Below are positions 50,471 to 60,376 of a stretch of DNA of 64,000 bases, piece after piece; within the stretch, counting starts at the first letter, position 1, and each line of letters opens with the position of its first letter. The stretch covers positions 96,001 to 160,000 of IMG/VR virus record IMGVR_UViG_3300025858_000010; one strand, given 5' to 3'. The notes beneath the pieces were generated by a model, which searched no databases, was not told where the DNA came from, and worked only from the letters and a program-made list of their open reading frames with translations. Position numbers and translations under genes: made by a program. Origin of the DNA: a virus. Its lineage: Duplodnaviria; Caudoviricetes.

Positions 50471-51222
50471 TATATTTGTTTATGATTTATTTTTAATGTT
50501 TTTAAATAATTTTTATATTCATCAGTAAATCTATTATTATTACAATATAAATATTGTAAATTCTTTAAATGTTCAATTCCTTCTAAACTAGTTAATTGAT
50601 TATAAGAACAATCCAATTCTCTTAAATTAGTTAAATGTTCAATGCCTTCTAAACTAGTTAATTGATTAGAATGACAATATAATTCTCTTAAATTTGTTAA
50701 ATGTTCAATGCCTTCTAAACTAGTTAATAGATTAGTATTACAAAGTAATATTTTTAAATTCGTTAATTGTTCAATGCCTTCTAAACTAGTTAATTGATTA
50801 GAATGACAATATAATTCTCTTAAATTTGTTAAATGTTCAATGCCTTCTAAACTAGTTAATTGATTATTAGAACAATATAATGTTTTTAAATTCGTTAAAT
50901 GTTCAATTCCTTCTAAACTAGTTAATCTATTATTAGAACAATCTAATAATTCTAAATTCGTTAAATGTTCAATGCCTTCTAAACTAGTTAATTGATTATA
51001 AGAACAATCCAATTCTCTTAAATTCGTTAAATGTTCAATTCCTTCTAAACTAGTTAATGATTTATCAGAACAACTCAAATGTGTTATTTGATCTAATGGT
51101 TTATTTTGCTTTTTGGCCAACGTTATTATCGGTGTATCATTATCGTCATCCCAATCTTCTTCACCATATGGATCAATATCTGACATATTTAATTGTTCAA
51201 ATATTTTAAAATTCTTTATCAT
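50470..51222 (-). CDS. Leucine-rich repeat protein (9 repeats) with leader and DPYGEEDW tag
   Basis: MIKNFKIFEQLNMSDIDPYGEEDW followed by 22-aa LRRs. Confidence 0.92.
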   Translation of the reverse strand: MIKNFKIFEQLNMSDIDPYGEEDWDDDNDTPIITLAKKQNKPLDQITHLSCSDKSLTSLEGIEHLTNLRELDCSYNQLTSLEGIEHLTNLELLDCSNNRLTSLEGIEHLTNLKTLYCSNNQLTSLEGIEHLTNLRELYCHSNQLTSLEGIEQLTNLKILLCNTNLLTSLEGIEHLTNLRELYCHSNQLTSLEGIEHLTNLRELDCSYNQLTSLEGIEHLKNLQYLYCNNNRFTDEYKNYLKTLKINHKQI

Positions 51223-51223
51223 T

Positions 51224-51976
51224 TTATATTTTTAAGTCATTTATTTTTAGTGTTTTTAAATAAAATTTATACATAAAATTAAATTTATTATTAGAACAAT
51301 ATAATGTTTCTAAATTCGTTAAATGTTCAATTCCTTCTAAATTAGTTAATTGATTATTATAACAATATAATGATTTTAAATTCGTTAAATGTTCAATGCC
51401 TTCTAAATTAGTTAATCTATTATTATAACAAATTAATGTTTTTAAATTAGTCAAATGTTCAATACCTTCTAAACTAGTTAATTGATTATTAGAACAATGT
51501 AAATATCTTAAATTAGTTAAATGTTCAATTCCTTCTAAACTAGTTAATTGATTAGAATGACAATATAATTCTCTTAAATTCGTTAAATGTTCAATTCCTT
51601 CTAAACTAGTTAATTGATTATTAGAACAATGTAATAATTCTAAATTCGTTAAATGTTCAATTCCATCTAAACTAGTTAATCTATTATTATAACAAATTAA
51701 TTCCCTTAAATTTGTTAAATGTTCAATGCCATCTAAATTAGTTAATTGATTATAAGAACAATCCAATTCTCTTAAATTCGTTAAATGTTCAATTCCTTCT
51801 AAACTAGTTAAATTTTTATGAGAACAATTTAAAATCATTATTTGATCTAATGGTTTATTTTGTTTTTTGGCCAACGTTATTATCGGTGTATCATTATCGT
51901 CATCCCAATCTTCTTCACCATATGGATCAATATCTTGCCTACTTAATAGCTCAAATATTTTAAAATTCTTTATCAT
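51224..51976 (-). CDS. Leucine-rich repeat protein (9 repeats) with leader and DPYGEEDW tag
   Basis: MIKNFKIFELLSRQDIDPYGEEDW followed by 22-aa LRRs. Confidence 0.92.
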   Translation of the reverse strand: MIKNFKIFELLSRQDIDPYGEEDWDDDNDTPIITLAKKQNKPLDQIMILNCSHKNLTSLEGIEHLTNLRELDCSYNQLTNLDGIEHLTNLRELICYNNRLTSLDGIEHLTNLELLHCSNNQLTSLEGIEHLTNLRELYCHSNQLTSLEGIEHLTNLRYLHCSNNQLTSLEGIEHLTNLKTLICYNNRLTNLEGIEHLTNLKSLYCYNNQLTNLEGIEHLTNLETLYCSNNKFNFMYKFYLKTLKINDLKI

Positions 51977-51977
51977 T

Positions 51978-52532
51978 TTATATTACTATACGCGTTTTTA
52001 ATTTTGATTTTAAATAATTTTTATATTCTTGAGTAAATTTGTTATTATTACATTTTAATTTTCTTAAATTCTTTAAATTATCAATACCGTTTAAATTAGT
52101 TAATGAATTATTATTACAAAATAGTATTTCTAAATTCTTTAAATGTTCAATGCCTTCTAAACTAGTCAATTGATTATCGAAACAATATAATTCTCTCAAA
52201 TTAGTTAAATGTTCAATTCCTTTCATACTATTTAATCTATTATTATAACAAACTAATGTTTTTAAATTAGTTAAATGTTCAATACCTTCTAAACTAGTTA
52301 ATGAATTATTATAGCAATATAATTCAATTAAATTTGTTAATCTATCAATTCCTTCTAAACTAGTTAATTCATTATTATAACAATATAAACTCCTTATTTG
52401 ATCTAATGGTATATTTTGTTCTTTAGCTATAATTATTATTGGAGTATCATTATCATCGTTCCAATCTTCTTCATTATATGGATCAATATCTTGTCTACTT
52501 AATTGCTCAAATATTCTAAAATTCTTTATCAT
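51978..52532 (-). CDS. Leucine-rich repeat protein (6 repeats) with leader and DPYNEEDW tag
   Basis: MIKNFRIFEQLSRQDIDPYNEEDW followed by 22-aa LRRs. Confidence 0.92.
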   Translation of the reverse strand: MIKNFRIFEQLSRQDIDPYNEEDWNDDNDTPIIIIAKEQNIPLDQIRSLYCYNNELTSLEGIDRLTNLIELYCYNNSLTSLEGIEHLTNLKTLVCYNNRLNSMKGIEHLTNLRELYCFDNQLTSLEGIEHLKNLEILFCNNNSLTNLNGIDNLKNLRKLKCNNNKFTQEYKNYLKSKLKTRIVI

Positions 52533-52545
52533 CGCATTATTTTTT

Positions 52546-52782
52546 TTAAAACATATTCTTTAATTCGTCGAGCGCGTCAGCGGCTGAACTAATTTTATTA
52601 TAATATTCTATCGATATAACTCTATCATCGTCTTGAACGATAATTTTTGATATTTCATCCAAAAGAGGAGAAGTCATGTTTATTAATTTCTGTAATCTTT
52701 CTGTATCAATGGATGTTGATGGCTGAACAGATTCTGGTTCGAATTGTTCGAATTTTTTCATTCTATTTGTTACTTTTTTCAT
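52546..52782 (-). CDS. Small helical protein with leader-like MKKFEQFE
   Basis: 78-aa ORF downstream of a TATATA motif. Confidence 0.6.
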   Translation of the reverse strand: MKKVTNRMKKFEQFEPESVQPSTSIDTERLQKLINMTSPLLDEISKIIVQDDDRVISIEYYNKISSAADALDELKNMF

Positions 52783-52861
52783 CGATTTTTATTTTTTTTT
52801 TATCATTTTATTTATATATATTTTTTTATTTTCAATATTCGTAAAGAAATAATTTTTATAT

Positions 52862-53518
52862 TTAATATATTATTGTCCATCCCTTAGATAATAAACTATT
52901 CCTATCCAAATCTGAATATGATGTTGGAAGAGCATTACCAGTTGTGTCTATATTTCCATTATAAGATAAAAATGTATTAGCTGGAATGTATATATCATAA
53001 TCGACATCTAGTATACTATTACCGGAAACATTTATAGAATTTAATTCTATCAAACCGTTTATATCTATTGTACTTAAATAATTTTTTTTCAGACTCAATA
53101 TGTTCAATTTTTTAAGATTCCTTATTATAATAGATGTGACTCCTTGATTATTCATGACCAAACTATTTATTAAAGATACACCTCCACTTATATTAATTGT
53201 ATATATTCCATTATCATCATAATCATAATTAATAACATTTTCATTTTCTTCAATTATATTTATTTTTTGAGCTACTTTTCCATCACCCCAATCTGCAGAT
53301 AAAGTCATTGAATTTGAAGATACTATTGTGAAAGAAACAGATAATGAATTTTTTAATGTATTTATGACAAAGATGAGCGAATCTATTGGGATGTTATCGT
53401 CATCAACAGTTAAAGTAGATATTATGTTATCATTTAATATTGGTATAGGTAATTTAGTTAATTTATCAATTCCTATATCTATTAATTCGACTGGTTTTAA
53501 TGTTAAGCTAGTATCCAT
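52862..53518 (-). CDS. PKD-like plus short LRR-like protein
   Basis: ADWGDG...YDY...G.YTI.I PKD pattern; LKKLNILSLKKNYL LRR-like turns. Confidence 0.6.
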   Translation of the reverse strand: MDTSLTLKPVELIDIGIDKLTKLPIPILNDNIISTLTVDDDNIPIDSLIFVINTLKNSLSVSFTIVSSNSMTLSADWGDGKVAQKINIIEENENVINYDYDDNGIYTINISGGVSLINSLVMNNQGVTSIIIRNLKKLNILSLKKNYLSTIDINGLIELNSINVSGNSILDVDYDIYIPANTFLSYNGNIDTTGNALPTSYSDLDRNSLLSKGWTIIY

Positions 53519-53519
53519 T

Positions 53520-54275
53520 TTATATTTTTTTATTTTCGATATTTAATGGTTTTAAATACTTTTTATATTCGCTAGAAAATTTATTATTGAAACAATATAA
53601 TGTTTCTAAATTCGTTAAATGTTCAATTCCTTCTAAACTGGTTAATTCATTATTAGAACAATATAATTCTCTTAAATTCGTTAAATGTTCAATTCCATCT
53701 AAATTAGTTAATTGATTAGAATGACAATATAATTCTCTTAAATTCGTTAAATGTTCAATTCCTTCTAAATTAGTTAATGAATTATAAGAACAATTTAATG
53801 TTTCTAAATTAGTTAAATGTTCAATTCCTTCTAAATTAGTTAATTGATTAGAATGACAATATAATTCTCTTAAATTCGTTAAATGTTCAATGCCTTCTAA
53901 TCTAGTTAATGAATTATTATTACAATATAAATATTGTAAATTCTTTAAATGTTCAATTCCATCTAAATTAGTTAATTGATTATTATAACAATATAATGAT
54001 TTTAAATTCGTTAAATGTTCAATGCCTTCTAAATTAGTTAATCTATTATCAGAACAATTTAATATTCTTAATTTCGTTAAATGTTCAATTCCTTCTAAAC
54101 TAGTTAATGATTTATCAGAACAACTCAAATGTGTTATTTGATCTAATGGTTTATTTTGCTTTTTGGCCAACGTTATTATCGGTGTATCATTATCGTCGTT
54201 CCAATCTTCCTCGCCATATGGATCAATGTCTTGTCTACTTAATTGTTCAAATATTTTAAAATTCATTAAATTCAT
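53520..54275 (-). CDS. Leucine-rich repeat protein (9 repeats) with leader and DPYGEEDW tag
   Basis: MNLMNFKIFEQLSRQDIDPYGEEDW followed by 22-aa LRRs. Confidence 0.92.
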   Translation of the reverse strand: MNLMNFKIFEQLSRQDIDPYGEEDWNDDNDTPIITLAKKQNKPLDQITHLSCSDKSLTSLEGIEHLTKLRILNCSDNRLTNLEGIEHLTNLKSLYCYNNQLTNLDGIEHLKNLQYLYCNNNSLTRLEGIEHLTNLRELYCHSNQLTNLEGIEHLTNLETLNCSYNSLTNLEGIEHLTNLRELYCHSNQLTNLDGIEHLTNLRELYCSNNELTSLEGIEHLTNLETLYCFNNKFSSEYKKYLKPLNIENKKI

Positions 54276-54292
54276 TTTATATTTTTTTATTT

Positions 54293-56125
54293 TTATACTG
54301 GCGGAGCTTCTATAATAATGATATTTAAAATTCCATAACCGACAACATAACTATTTTTAGCATATCCCCTAACATAATAAATTCCGGAGGATAATCCAGT
54401 TTCTGTAATACTATAATTTAGTGGTAATTTATATGGTGGTGATTTATGATATACTACACAAGTATCTCCAGTGGTCGGAGATCCGGTATTATTATAACAC
54501 CATCCAACTTCAGTACACAGAGTTCCCCCATCGCTTACTAGTTGACACGAATATGTTATACTATCAGATGTGGTACTATATTTTAAAGTATCAACAACAG
54601 GCGGAATTGGAGCTAATGTCATAGTATGTCCTGTTGTTCCTGTTCCAGTATAACCATCTATATTAGTAGCAAAAGCTCTATATGAATATTCTTGTAGTGG
54701 AGTTAAACCAGTAAGTGTACAATAATATGATCCAACTTTACCGTTTTCATTTGTATAAATAACAGTGTCAGTGAATGTGTCTGTAATTCCTTCGGCATAT
54801 TCTATACCTCTATAATCTATTTCCGTATAACCACTCGGTGATCCCGACTTATAACCTGTTGAAATAACTCTACCTAGAATTGACATAGAATAAGATGATA
54901 TATTTTGACTTCCTATTGTTTCTACAACTGGTGGGGAGTCTGATTTATCTTTTGTAATAAAAGTATCAACAGTACCATATGATATTCCATTTTTATTTAT
55001 AGCATATACTTTATAATAATAATTTGTAAGATAAATTAGATTAACTATACTAGTAGAAAATGTTCCGGGTTGACCATTCGGTACAGTATCAGCTATTTGT
55101 TTTATATTTGGATTAATTGTACTTCCCCAATATATTCCCCATTCTGTTATATTATTTCCTCCATTATCGGTCACTGTTCCTTTTACTATAGCGTAATCCA
55201 TGCCAACATTTTCAGTCGGTGTAGATGATGTAAAAACTATCGGTGGTCTTCCGATTCCGCCATTGGCTAAATTCTCAGGATCATATATTTTCAAAACAAA
55301 TTTATTATCATAGTCTTGCATTAAGATAGCTGTTGTATAATTTTTTATATTTATATCGCCACTTATAATTTCAGCATAAGAATTGCATATACTTCTACGT
55401 CTATTATCATCTCTGACTCTATAATAGTCACTTTCTTCATTTATATAAACATCATATAAAATATCAGAAATATCTTTTAATCCATATATTGTGCTTATAC
55501 TATTAAACGTCATTTCACTTGTCGAATAAATCTTCAAAGTGACTCCTGTGATATCTGAAGTAGCATTCGTTGATAATGTGATAGAATCATCTCCTATAGA
55601 ATTTATAGTTGTGTCACTTGGAATTCCGTCTGCTGAGACTATCATTCCTAATACAATTTCTTCTGTTGAACTAACATTTAAAATAACATTAGATCCATTT
55701 GTTAAATCGCCAGTTGGCGGTTTTGTCGGTTTATGTGTCTCAATGACTATATATTCATTCGGAACCAAATCCACTATTAAAGTCTTACGTATAATACTGT
55801 AAAATATAAAATCCCCCTCAGACAACGGATCTGGGTAAGAACCCGATAATTTAAGATTAACAAATGTGTTTTTTCTGAAATATTGAGTTAAATCTGTAGT
55901 TAATTTTATTAATGTACCCCTAGAGTCTTCTTTTGTTGTTGGATATATATTTGGATTTGGTCTTTGATCATAATAGGTTATATCCGTAGTATCTCCACTT
56001 GTTATAGTATTATCTAATAAAAAAGAATATCCGCTAAATATATCTTTATTAATTGATATTAGATGATCATATAGTTTATATTTTATATAATAATTAGAAG
56101 TAGTAAATTTGTTGTATTGCATCAA
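54293..56125 (-). CDS. Virion protein with three C-terminal FN3-like domains
   Basis: DNGGNNITEWGIYWG...YYYKVYAIN..G.SYG units; GMIVSADGIPSDTTI beta domain. Confidence 0.7.
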   Translation of the reverse strand: MMQYNKFTTSNYYIKYKLYDHLISINKDIFSGYSFLLDNTITSGDTTDITYYDQRPNPNIYPTTKEDSRGTLIKLTTDLTQYFRKNTFVNLKLSGSYPDPLSEGDFIFYSIIRKTLIVDLVPNEYIVIETHKPTKPPTGDLTNGSNVILNVSSTEEIVLGMIVSADGIPSDTTINSIGDDSITLSTNATSDITGVTLKIYSTSEMTFNSISTIYGLKDISDILYDVYINEESDYYRVRDDNRRRSICNSYAEIISGDINIKNYTTAILMQDYDNKFVLKIYDPENLANGGIGRPPIVFTSSTPTENVGMDYAIVKGTVTDNGGNNITEWGIYWGSTINPNIKQIADTVPNGQPGTFSTSIVNLIYLTNYYYKVYAINKNGISYGTVDTFITKDKSDSPPVVETIGSQNISSYSMSILGRVISTGYKSGSPSGYTEIDYRGIEYAEGITDTFTDTVIYTNENGKVGSYYCTLTGLTPLQEYSYRAFATNIDGYTGTGTTGHTMTLAPIPPVVDTLKYSTTSDSITYSCQLVSDGGTLCTEVGWCYNNTGSPTTGDTCVVYHKSPPYKLPLNYSITETGLSSGIYYVRGYAKNSYVVGYGILNIIIIEAPPV

Positions 56126-56140
56126 AATTTAATTTTTTTT

Positions 56141-57439
56141 TTAATCATTTGGTTCAAATTCAAAAGTTAAACCATCGTAATCAAAATACATATTGTCATT
56201 GTAATCCACTGGATAAACATAATGCCACGGTCTAGTTGGAGCACTTCCAGCACTAGCATATATATAATTTATATTAAAATATTTAGCATAATATGATTCC
56301 ATCATAGTTTCACCAACATATCCTCTTTCAAAAGTATCTGGAATAGAGTACATTAAATTAGTAAATGAATAATTAGATTCTGTTGTTCCTGTATGATAAT
56401 CATTCAATATATAATCCTGTATATGATCTTTTATTACTATATAATTTGGATAACCTGGCGGTTCTATTTCTACAATAAATGATTTTATTTCAACGTTTGC
56501 CATTTCTGATGTAGAACCAGTTATACTTAATTTTATATAATCATTTATTTTAGCACTAGAACAAATGGTAGAATTAGTTTTTATATAAGTATTTATATCA
56601 GTTGAACCACTGTGATTAAATATATTGCATTCTGATTCTGTACATCCTTGGACACCAGTTGTTCCTAAATAAATAAATTTTGATGTGTCTCCTGTTGCCT
56701 TTATCGTGTATGTATGTCCGCTAGTGTCGTAATAATAACTCGGTGTATTTTCATGATACTTTATGTTTACATATCCTCCCTCTGATATAGTTCTTCCGCT
56801 AAAACCAATATATAAATCAGCATTTCTATTGACTGATATTCTAGCTGCTTGATAATCTGTAAATATTAATCCTGGAACTATAGAAGTATCAAATAAATTA
56901 TAATTAAATAAATTTTTTACAATATATCCATGTCCATCTAAAAATTCCTTTTTTTCTTCAATGCCTATATGACCACCAATTGGAAATCTATTTCCAATGT
57001 TTTTTAAATGAAATTGTTTACCTTTATTATTCCCCAATTTAACATAAGCTTTATATCTCCAAGTAACACCAGTATCGGCTAAATCGTCAGTTAAATTAAG
57101 ATACCCTCTTGGATCTACAGTATAAACATCATTTTGTCTTGTATCTATTTGCGATACTAATAAAACTTTATGGTTTGTTTTTAAATAAACACCGTCCAAT
57201 TGATAATATTTTTGTGTTAAATCAATATTTGTTGTGCAACAAATATCTACTTGATTTAAATTAACCATAAAATTATTTATAATATCGAATTCATTATACA
57301 TACAATATATGCAATAATTAGTACCGACCATTAAATTCATATCATAGATATTATCTAACTGATTTACGTATTGATAAGTGATACCTGATAAACACTTTTG
57401 ATATTTAAAATAAACATCGTTTATGTTGAAAACATCCAT
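56141..57439 (-). CDS. Probable tail/baseplate structural protein
   Basis: LDGVYL...KVLLVSQ...QNDVYTV motif, common in phage tail proteins; heads the late minus-strand run. Confidence 0.55.
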   Translation of the reverse strand: MDVFNINDVYFKYQKCLSGITYQYVNQLDNIYDMNLMVGTNYCIYCMYNEFDIINNFMVNLNQVDICCTTNIDLTQKYYQLDGVYLKTNHKVLLVSQIDTRQNDVYTVDPRGYLNLTDDLADTGVTWRYKAYVKLGNNKGKQFHLKNIGNRFPIGGHIGIEEKKEFLDGHGYIVKNLFNYNLFDTSIVPGLIFTDYQAARISVNRNADLYIGFSGRTISEGGYVNIKYHENTPSYYYDTSGHTYTIKATGDTSKFIYLGTTGVQGCTESECNIFNHSGSTDINTYIKTNSTICSSAKINDYIKLSITGSTSEMANVEIKSFIVEIEPPGYPNYIVIKDHIQDYILNDYHTGTTESNYSFTNLMYSIPDTFERGYVGETMMESYYAKYFNINYIYASAGSAPTRPWHYVYPVDYNDNMYFDYDGLTFEFEPND

Positions 57440-57533
57440 TATATAATTTGGTTTTTAACTATATATAGATTTTTTAATCATCAAAATGTCATACTAAAAA
57501 TTAAATATATAAAAAAAAATAAAAAATGGGTTA

Positions 57534-58646
57534 ATGATATTAAATATTAAAAGTTTAACCGATTTGTCTGGTTTTTATGTTGTTTTTAACAGAACAATAA
57601 TTAATGAAAAAGATAAAATATATGGAATATCTCATTTAATCGAACATTTAATAGGTCATAATTTCGACGATGATATAATAGAGAATTTTCAGAACGACGG
57701 AATAACATGGAATGCTTATACATCACCAACAAATATAGTTTTTTATATGATTGGACTTGATAAATATTTAATAAAATATAAGGATTTATTTTTAGATAAA
57801 TTGTTGTACATAGATATAAATGATGATGATTTTATTATTGAAAAAAAATCGTTACTCGAAGAATATACTAGTTTATTTAACATACAAAACTCATCGCATG
57901 TTTTAAATTTATACAGAAAATTATTTGGTTCTTATAATACTATAGGTAAAAAAGAAGACATAATTGGTATAACTAAAAAAGATTGTTATGATTATAGATT
58001 GGAAAATTATAAATATCCTTCAAAAATAATAAATGTATCTAAAAATTCTATTTTCGATACTGATATGAAATTAAATGATTTAGAAAATGATTATCACGTT
58101 GATTTTAAAAATGATACCGGAATTACATATGAAAAACATTTCACATTAAATAAATCTTCTATAATATATATGTCTCCTATAATTCGCGATAATTGGGATT
58201 CCGTATTTTTTATAAATTATATTTTATCAAATGGTATTGGTTCAGTTTTGTATAAAAATATAAGAAAGAAAAATGGTTTGGCTTATTATATAAAATGTAA
58301 TATAGATAGAATGAGCGACTTTTCAGGAATTAATGTAATATCAATTGAAACCGAAGACAATAATGTGCCTTATTTGATTGACAATTTAGATAAAACTTTA
58401 AAAAATAAATTATTCCTCACTAAAGAAAAATTCGAAAATGTTAAAAATTCAATAATAAATAAAATTGATACAATATCCATCAATAGATATAACAATATAG
58501 ATTGTTATATAAAACCAGAAAAATGGTCAATTGAAAAACAAATACATAGAATAACACTTGATGATATTATAGAAACATATGATAAATACTTTAATGTTGA
58601 TTATTTTATTAAAAGCGTGGATAAAGAAGATTTTAGAAAAAAATGA
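57534..58646 (+). CDS. M16-family (insulinase-like) zinc peptidase
   Basis: GISHLIEH (HxxEH), WNAYTS, EK..L.EE, L...IRKKNGLAY. Confidence 0.88.
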   Translation: MILNIKSLTDLSGFYVVFNRTIINEKDKIYGISHLIEHLIGHNFDDDIIENFQNDGITWNAYTSPTNIVFYMIGLDKYLIKYKDLFLDKLLYIDINDDDFIIEKKSLLEEYTSLFNIQNSSHVLNLYRKLFGSYNTIGKKEDIIGITKKDCYDYRLENYKYPSKIINVSKNSIFDTDMKLNDLENDYHVDFKNDTGITYEKHFTLNKSSIIYMSPIIRDNWDSVFFINYILSNGIGSVLYKNIRKKNGLAYYIKCNIDRMSDFSGINVISIETEDNNVPYLIDNLDKTLKNKLFLTKEKFENVKNSIINKIDTISINRYNNIDCYIKPEKWSIEKQIHRITLDDIIETYDKYFNVDYFIKSVDKEDFRKK

Positions 58647-58747
58647 ATAAAAAATAATAATATATAAGATTAATAATAATATATTTTTTTCACTTAAATC
58701 GTAGGCTTCTGATTTTTTCTAAAGTATTTTAAAAATGAATTAAAATA

Positions 58748-58903
58748 ATGGAAAACGATAAAGAAAACAAAATTTCTTTTATATTGCAAAATTTCATTGA
58801 TGAATTGACAGCTGGTTATGGTATGTCGAATGAGGAAAAGACAAAACTAGAAAAAATGGCAAAAGAAGACCCAACTAAATTGTATAATCAAGTTCGTCAA
58901 TAA
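58748..58903 (+). CDS. 51-aa hypothetical protein (below the ORF-track cutoff)
   Basis: MENDKENKISFILQNFIDELTAGYGMSNEEKTKLEKMAKEDPTKLYNQVRQ*. Confidence 0.45.
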   Translation: MENDKENKISFILQNFIDELTAGYGMSNEEKTKLEKMAKEDPTKLYNQVRQ

Positions 58904-58965
58904 AAAATTTTTTTATTCCAACACGAATGATTAATTTTGCATTGTTTATTAAAAATCATTTATAA

Positions 58966-59367
58966 ATGAATTGTATTTTTCTTGACGATATAAGAGAACC
59001 AAAAGATTCCTTTTTTTACACAAAAGACATAAGATATCTAAAATTAGATTGGATGATTGTTAGATCTTATGATGAGTTCGTAAAAACAATAAAAAATATA
59101 GGTATTGATAAAATTGATATCATCAGTTTTGATCATGACCTGGCTGACGAACATTATGGGCATGAAGAACAGCCTTGGAGTACAGACGGAATTATAGATT
59201 ATTTTTCATTTGTTGAAAAAACTGGATATGATTGTGCTAAATGGTTATGTGATTATGCATTGGAAACAAATAAAAAATTACCAGAAATTTTAATACATTC
59301 TTTTAATCATATTGGGGCTGAAAACATTAAACAATATATAAAAAACTTTATAAAATATAATACATGA
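58966..59367 (+). CDS. Cyclic-phosphate-processing receiver-like domain protein
   Basis: IFLDDIREP, IVRSYDEF, ISFDHDL, TGYDCAKWL, IHSFN..GA.NI. Confidence 0.8.
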   Translation: MNCIFLDDIREPKDSFFYTKDIRYLKLDWMIVRSYDEFVKTIKNIGIDKIDIISFDHDLADEHYGHEEQPWSTDGIIDYFSFVEKTGYDCAKWLCDYALETNKKLPEILIHSFNHIGAENIKQYIKNFIKYNT

Positions 59368-59561
59368 AAACGAAAGAAGATTTCAAATTTCTCATTGGTA
59401 AAACAATAGAACAATCAAAACAATTTTTAGAAAAACCATATTTCATAACCATCGTAGAGAATGATGGAAGATCAATTTATGCATCATATGAATATTGCCC
59501 GCATAGAATTAAAGTTTGTGTGACAAATAGTATTATATCTAGAATAGATGATGTTAGTTAA
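59364..59561 (+). CDS. Small protein resembling peptidase inhibitor I78/potato inhibitor I fold
   Basis: LIGKT...IV..DG...YEY.PHRIKV.V....I pattern. Confidence 0.4.
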   Translation: MKTKEDFKFLIGKTIEQSKQFLEKPYFITIVENDGRSIYASYEYCPHRIKVCVTNSIISRIDDVS

Positions 59562-59579
59562 ACAAAAAAAAATTAAAAA

Positions 59580-60086
59580 ATGATAACTGAAAGAATTAAT
59601 AGACAAATTAAAGGAGTTCAAGAAGTAAGAATCACTGGCGAAGGAATTGAAAGTAGAGTCGTCAGTATACAAGAAGCTTTAAAAATTTCCGATGAAATGG
59701 GACTCGATTTAGTAGAAATATCACCGAACTCTAAACCACCAGTTTGTAAAATAATAAATTATGGAAAACTTTTGTACGAAAGAAAACAAAGAGAAAAAGA
59801 ACAAAAACAAAATAATAAAAAAATTAAAATAAAAGAATTGAGATTTACTTATAATACTGGCGAACATGATTTTAATTTTAAATTAAATCACGCTATTAAT
59901 TTCTTGAAAGAAGGACATAAGGTTAAAGCTTTCGTTTTCTTCTCTGGTAGGGAACTAAATTACATAGATGCTGGTAAACTTCTTCTATTGAAATTTGTCG
60001 ATTCATTGAATGATGTCGGTAAAGTCGAGGCTATGCCAAAACTTGACGGAAAAAGATTATGGGTTATGATAAATCCGAAAAAATAA
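59580..60086 (+). CDS. infC: Translation initiation factor IF-3
   Basis: RIN.QI....VR, LDLVEISPNSKPPVCKIINYGK, KELRF...EHDFNFKL.HA..FL.EG.KVKAFVFF.GR. Confidence 0.95.
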   Translation: MITERINRQIKGVQEVRITGEGIESRVVSIQEALKISDEMGLDLVEISPNSKPPVCKIINYGKLLYERKQREKEQKQNNKKIKIKELRFTYNTGEHDFNFKLNHAINFLKEGHKVKAFVFFSGRELNYIDAGKLLLLKFVDSLNDVGKVEAMPKLDGKRLWVMINPKK

Positions 60087-60143
60087 ACTTCTATATTATT
60101 TTTTGATACAAATTAAAAAGCGAAAAAATAATAAATTAGTAAT

Positions 60144-60374
60144 ATGAAATACTTAATATACATAATAAAAGAAAAGTTTAATATAATATTTGATATTAAG
60201 AAAACTTATAAATGTATCGCGTACATAAATGAAAAGGAAAAAGTAGATAAATTAGTAGATACTTTTGAAGTTAAAGAAGCTTCTGAAAGAAGAGCATTTA
60301 AAACCGCCTATGACATATTAAAATTAAAATATAATAATATGGGATTTGATATAAGAATATCTAAAGAAGAATAA
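60144..60374 (+). CDS. Hypothetical protein
   Basis: 76-aa ORF in the plus-strand run. Confidence 0.55.
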   Translation: MKYLIYIIKEKFNIIFDIKKTYKCIAYINEKEKVDKLVDTFEVKEASERRAFKTAYDILKLKYNNMGFDIRISKEE

Positions 60375-60376
60375 TT

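Noticed and set aside
50470-54275. CRISPR array or diversity-generating retroelement explaining the 66-bp periodic repeats
   Set aside because: The repeats are in-frame LRR codons whose variable parts recur rather than being unique spacers; no cas gene, reverse transcriptase or non-coding template repeat is visible in the window.
54293-57439. One gene split by a frameshift at the A-run near 56135
   Set aside because: Stops occur in the relevant frames around the junction and no single-base fix clearly joins the two ORFs; left as two genes.
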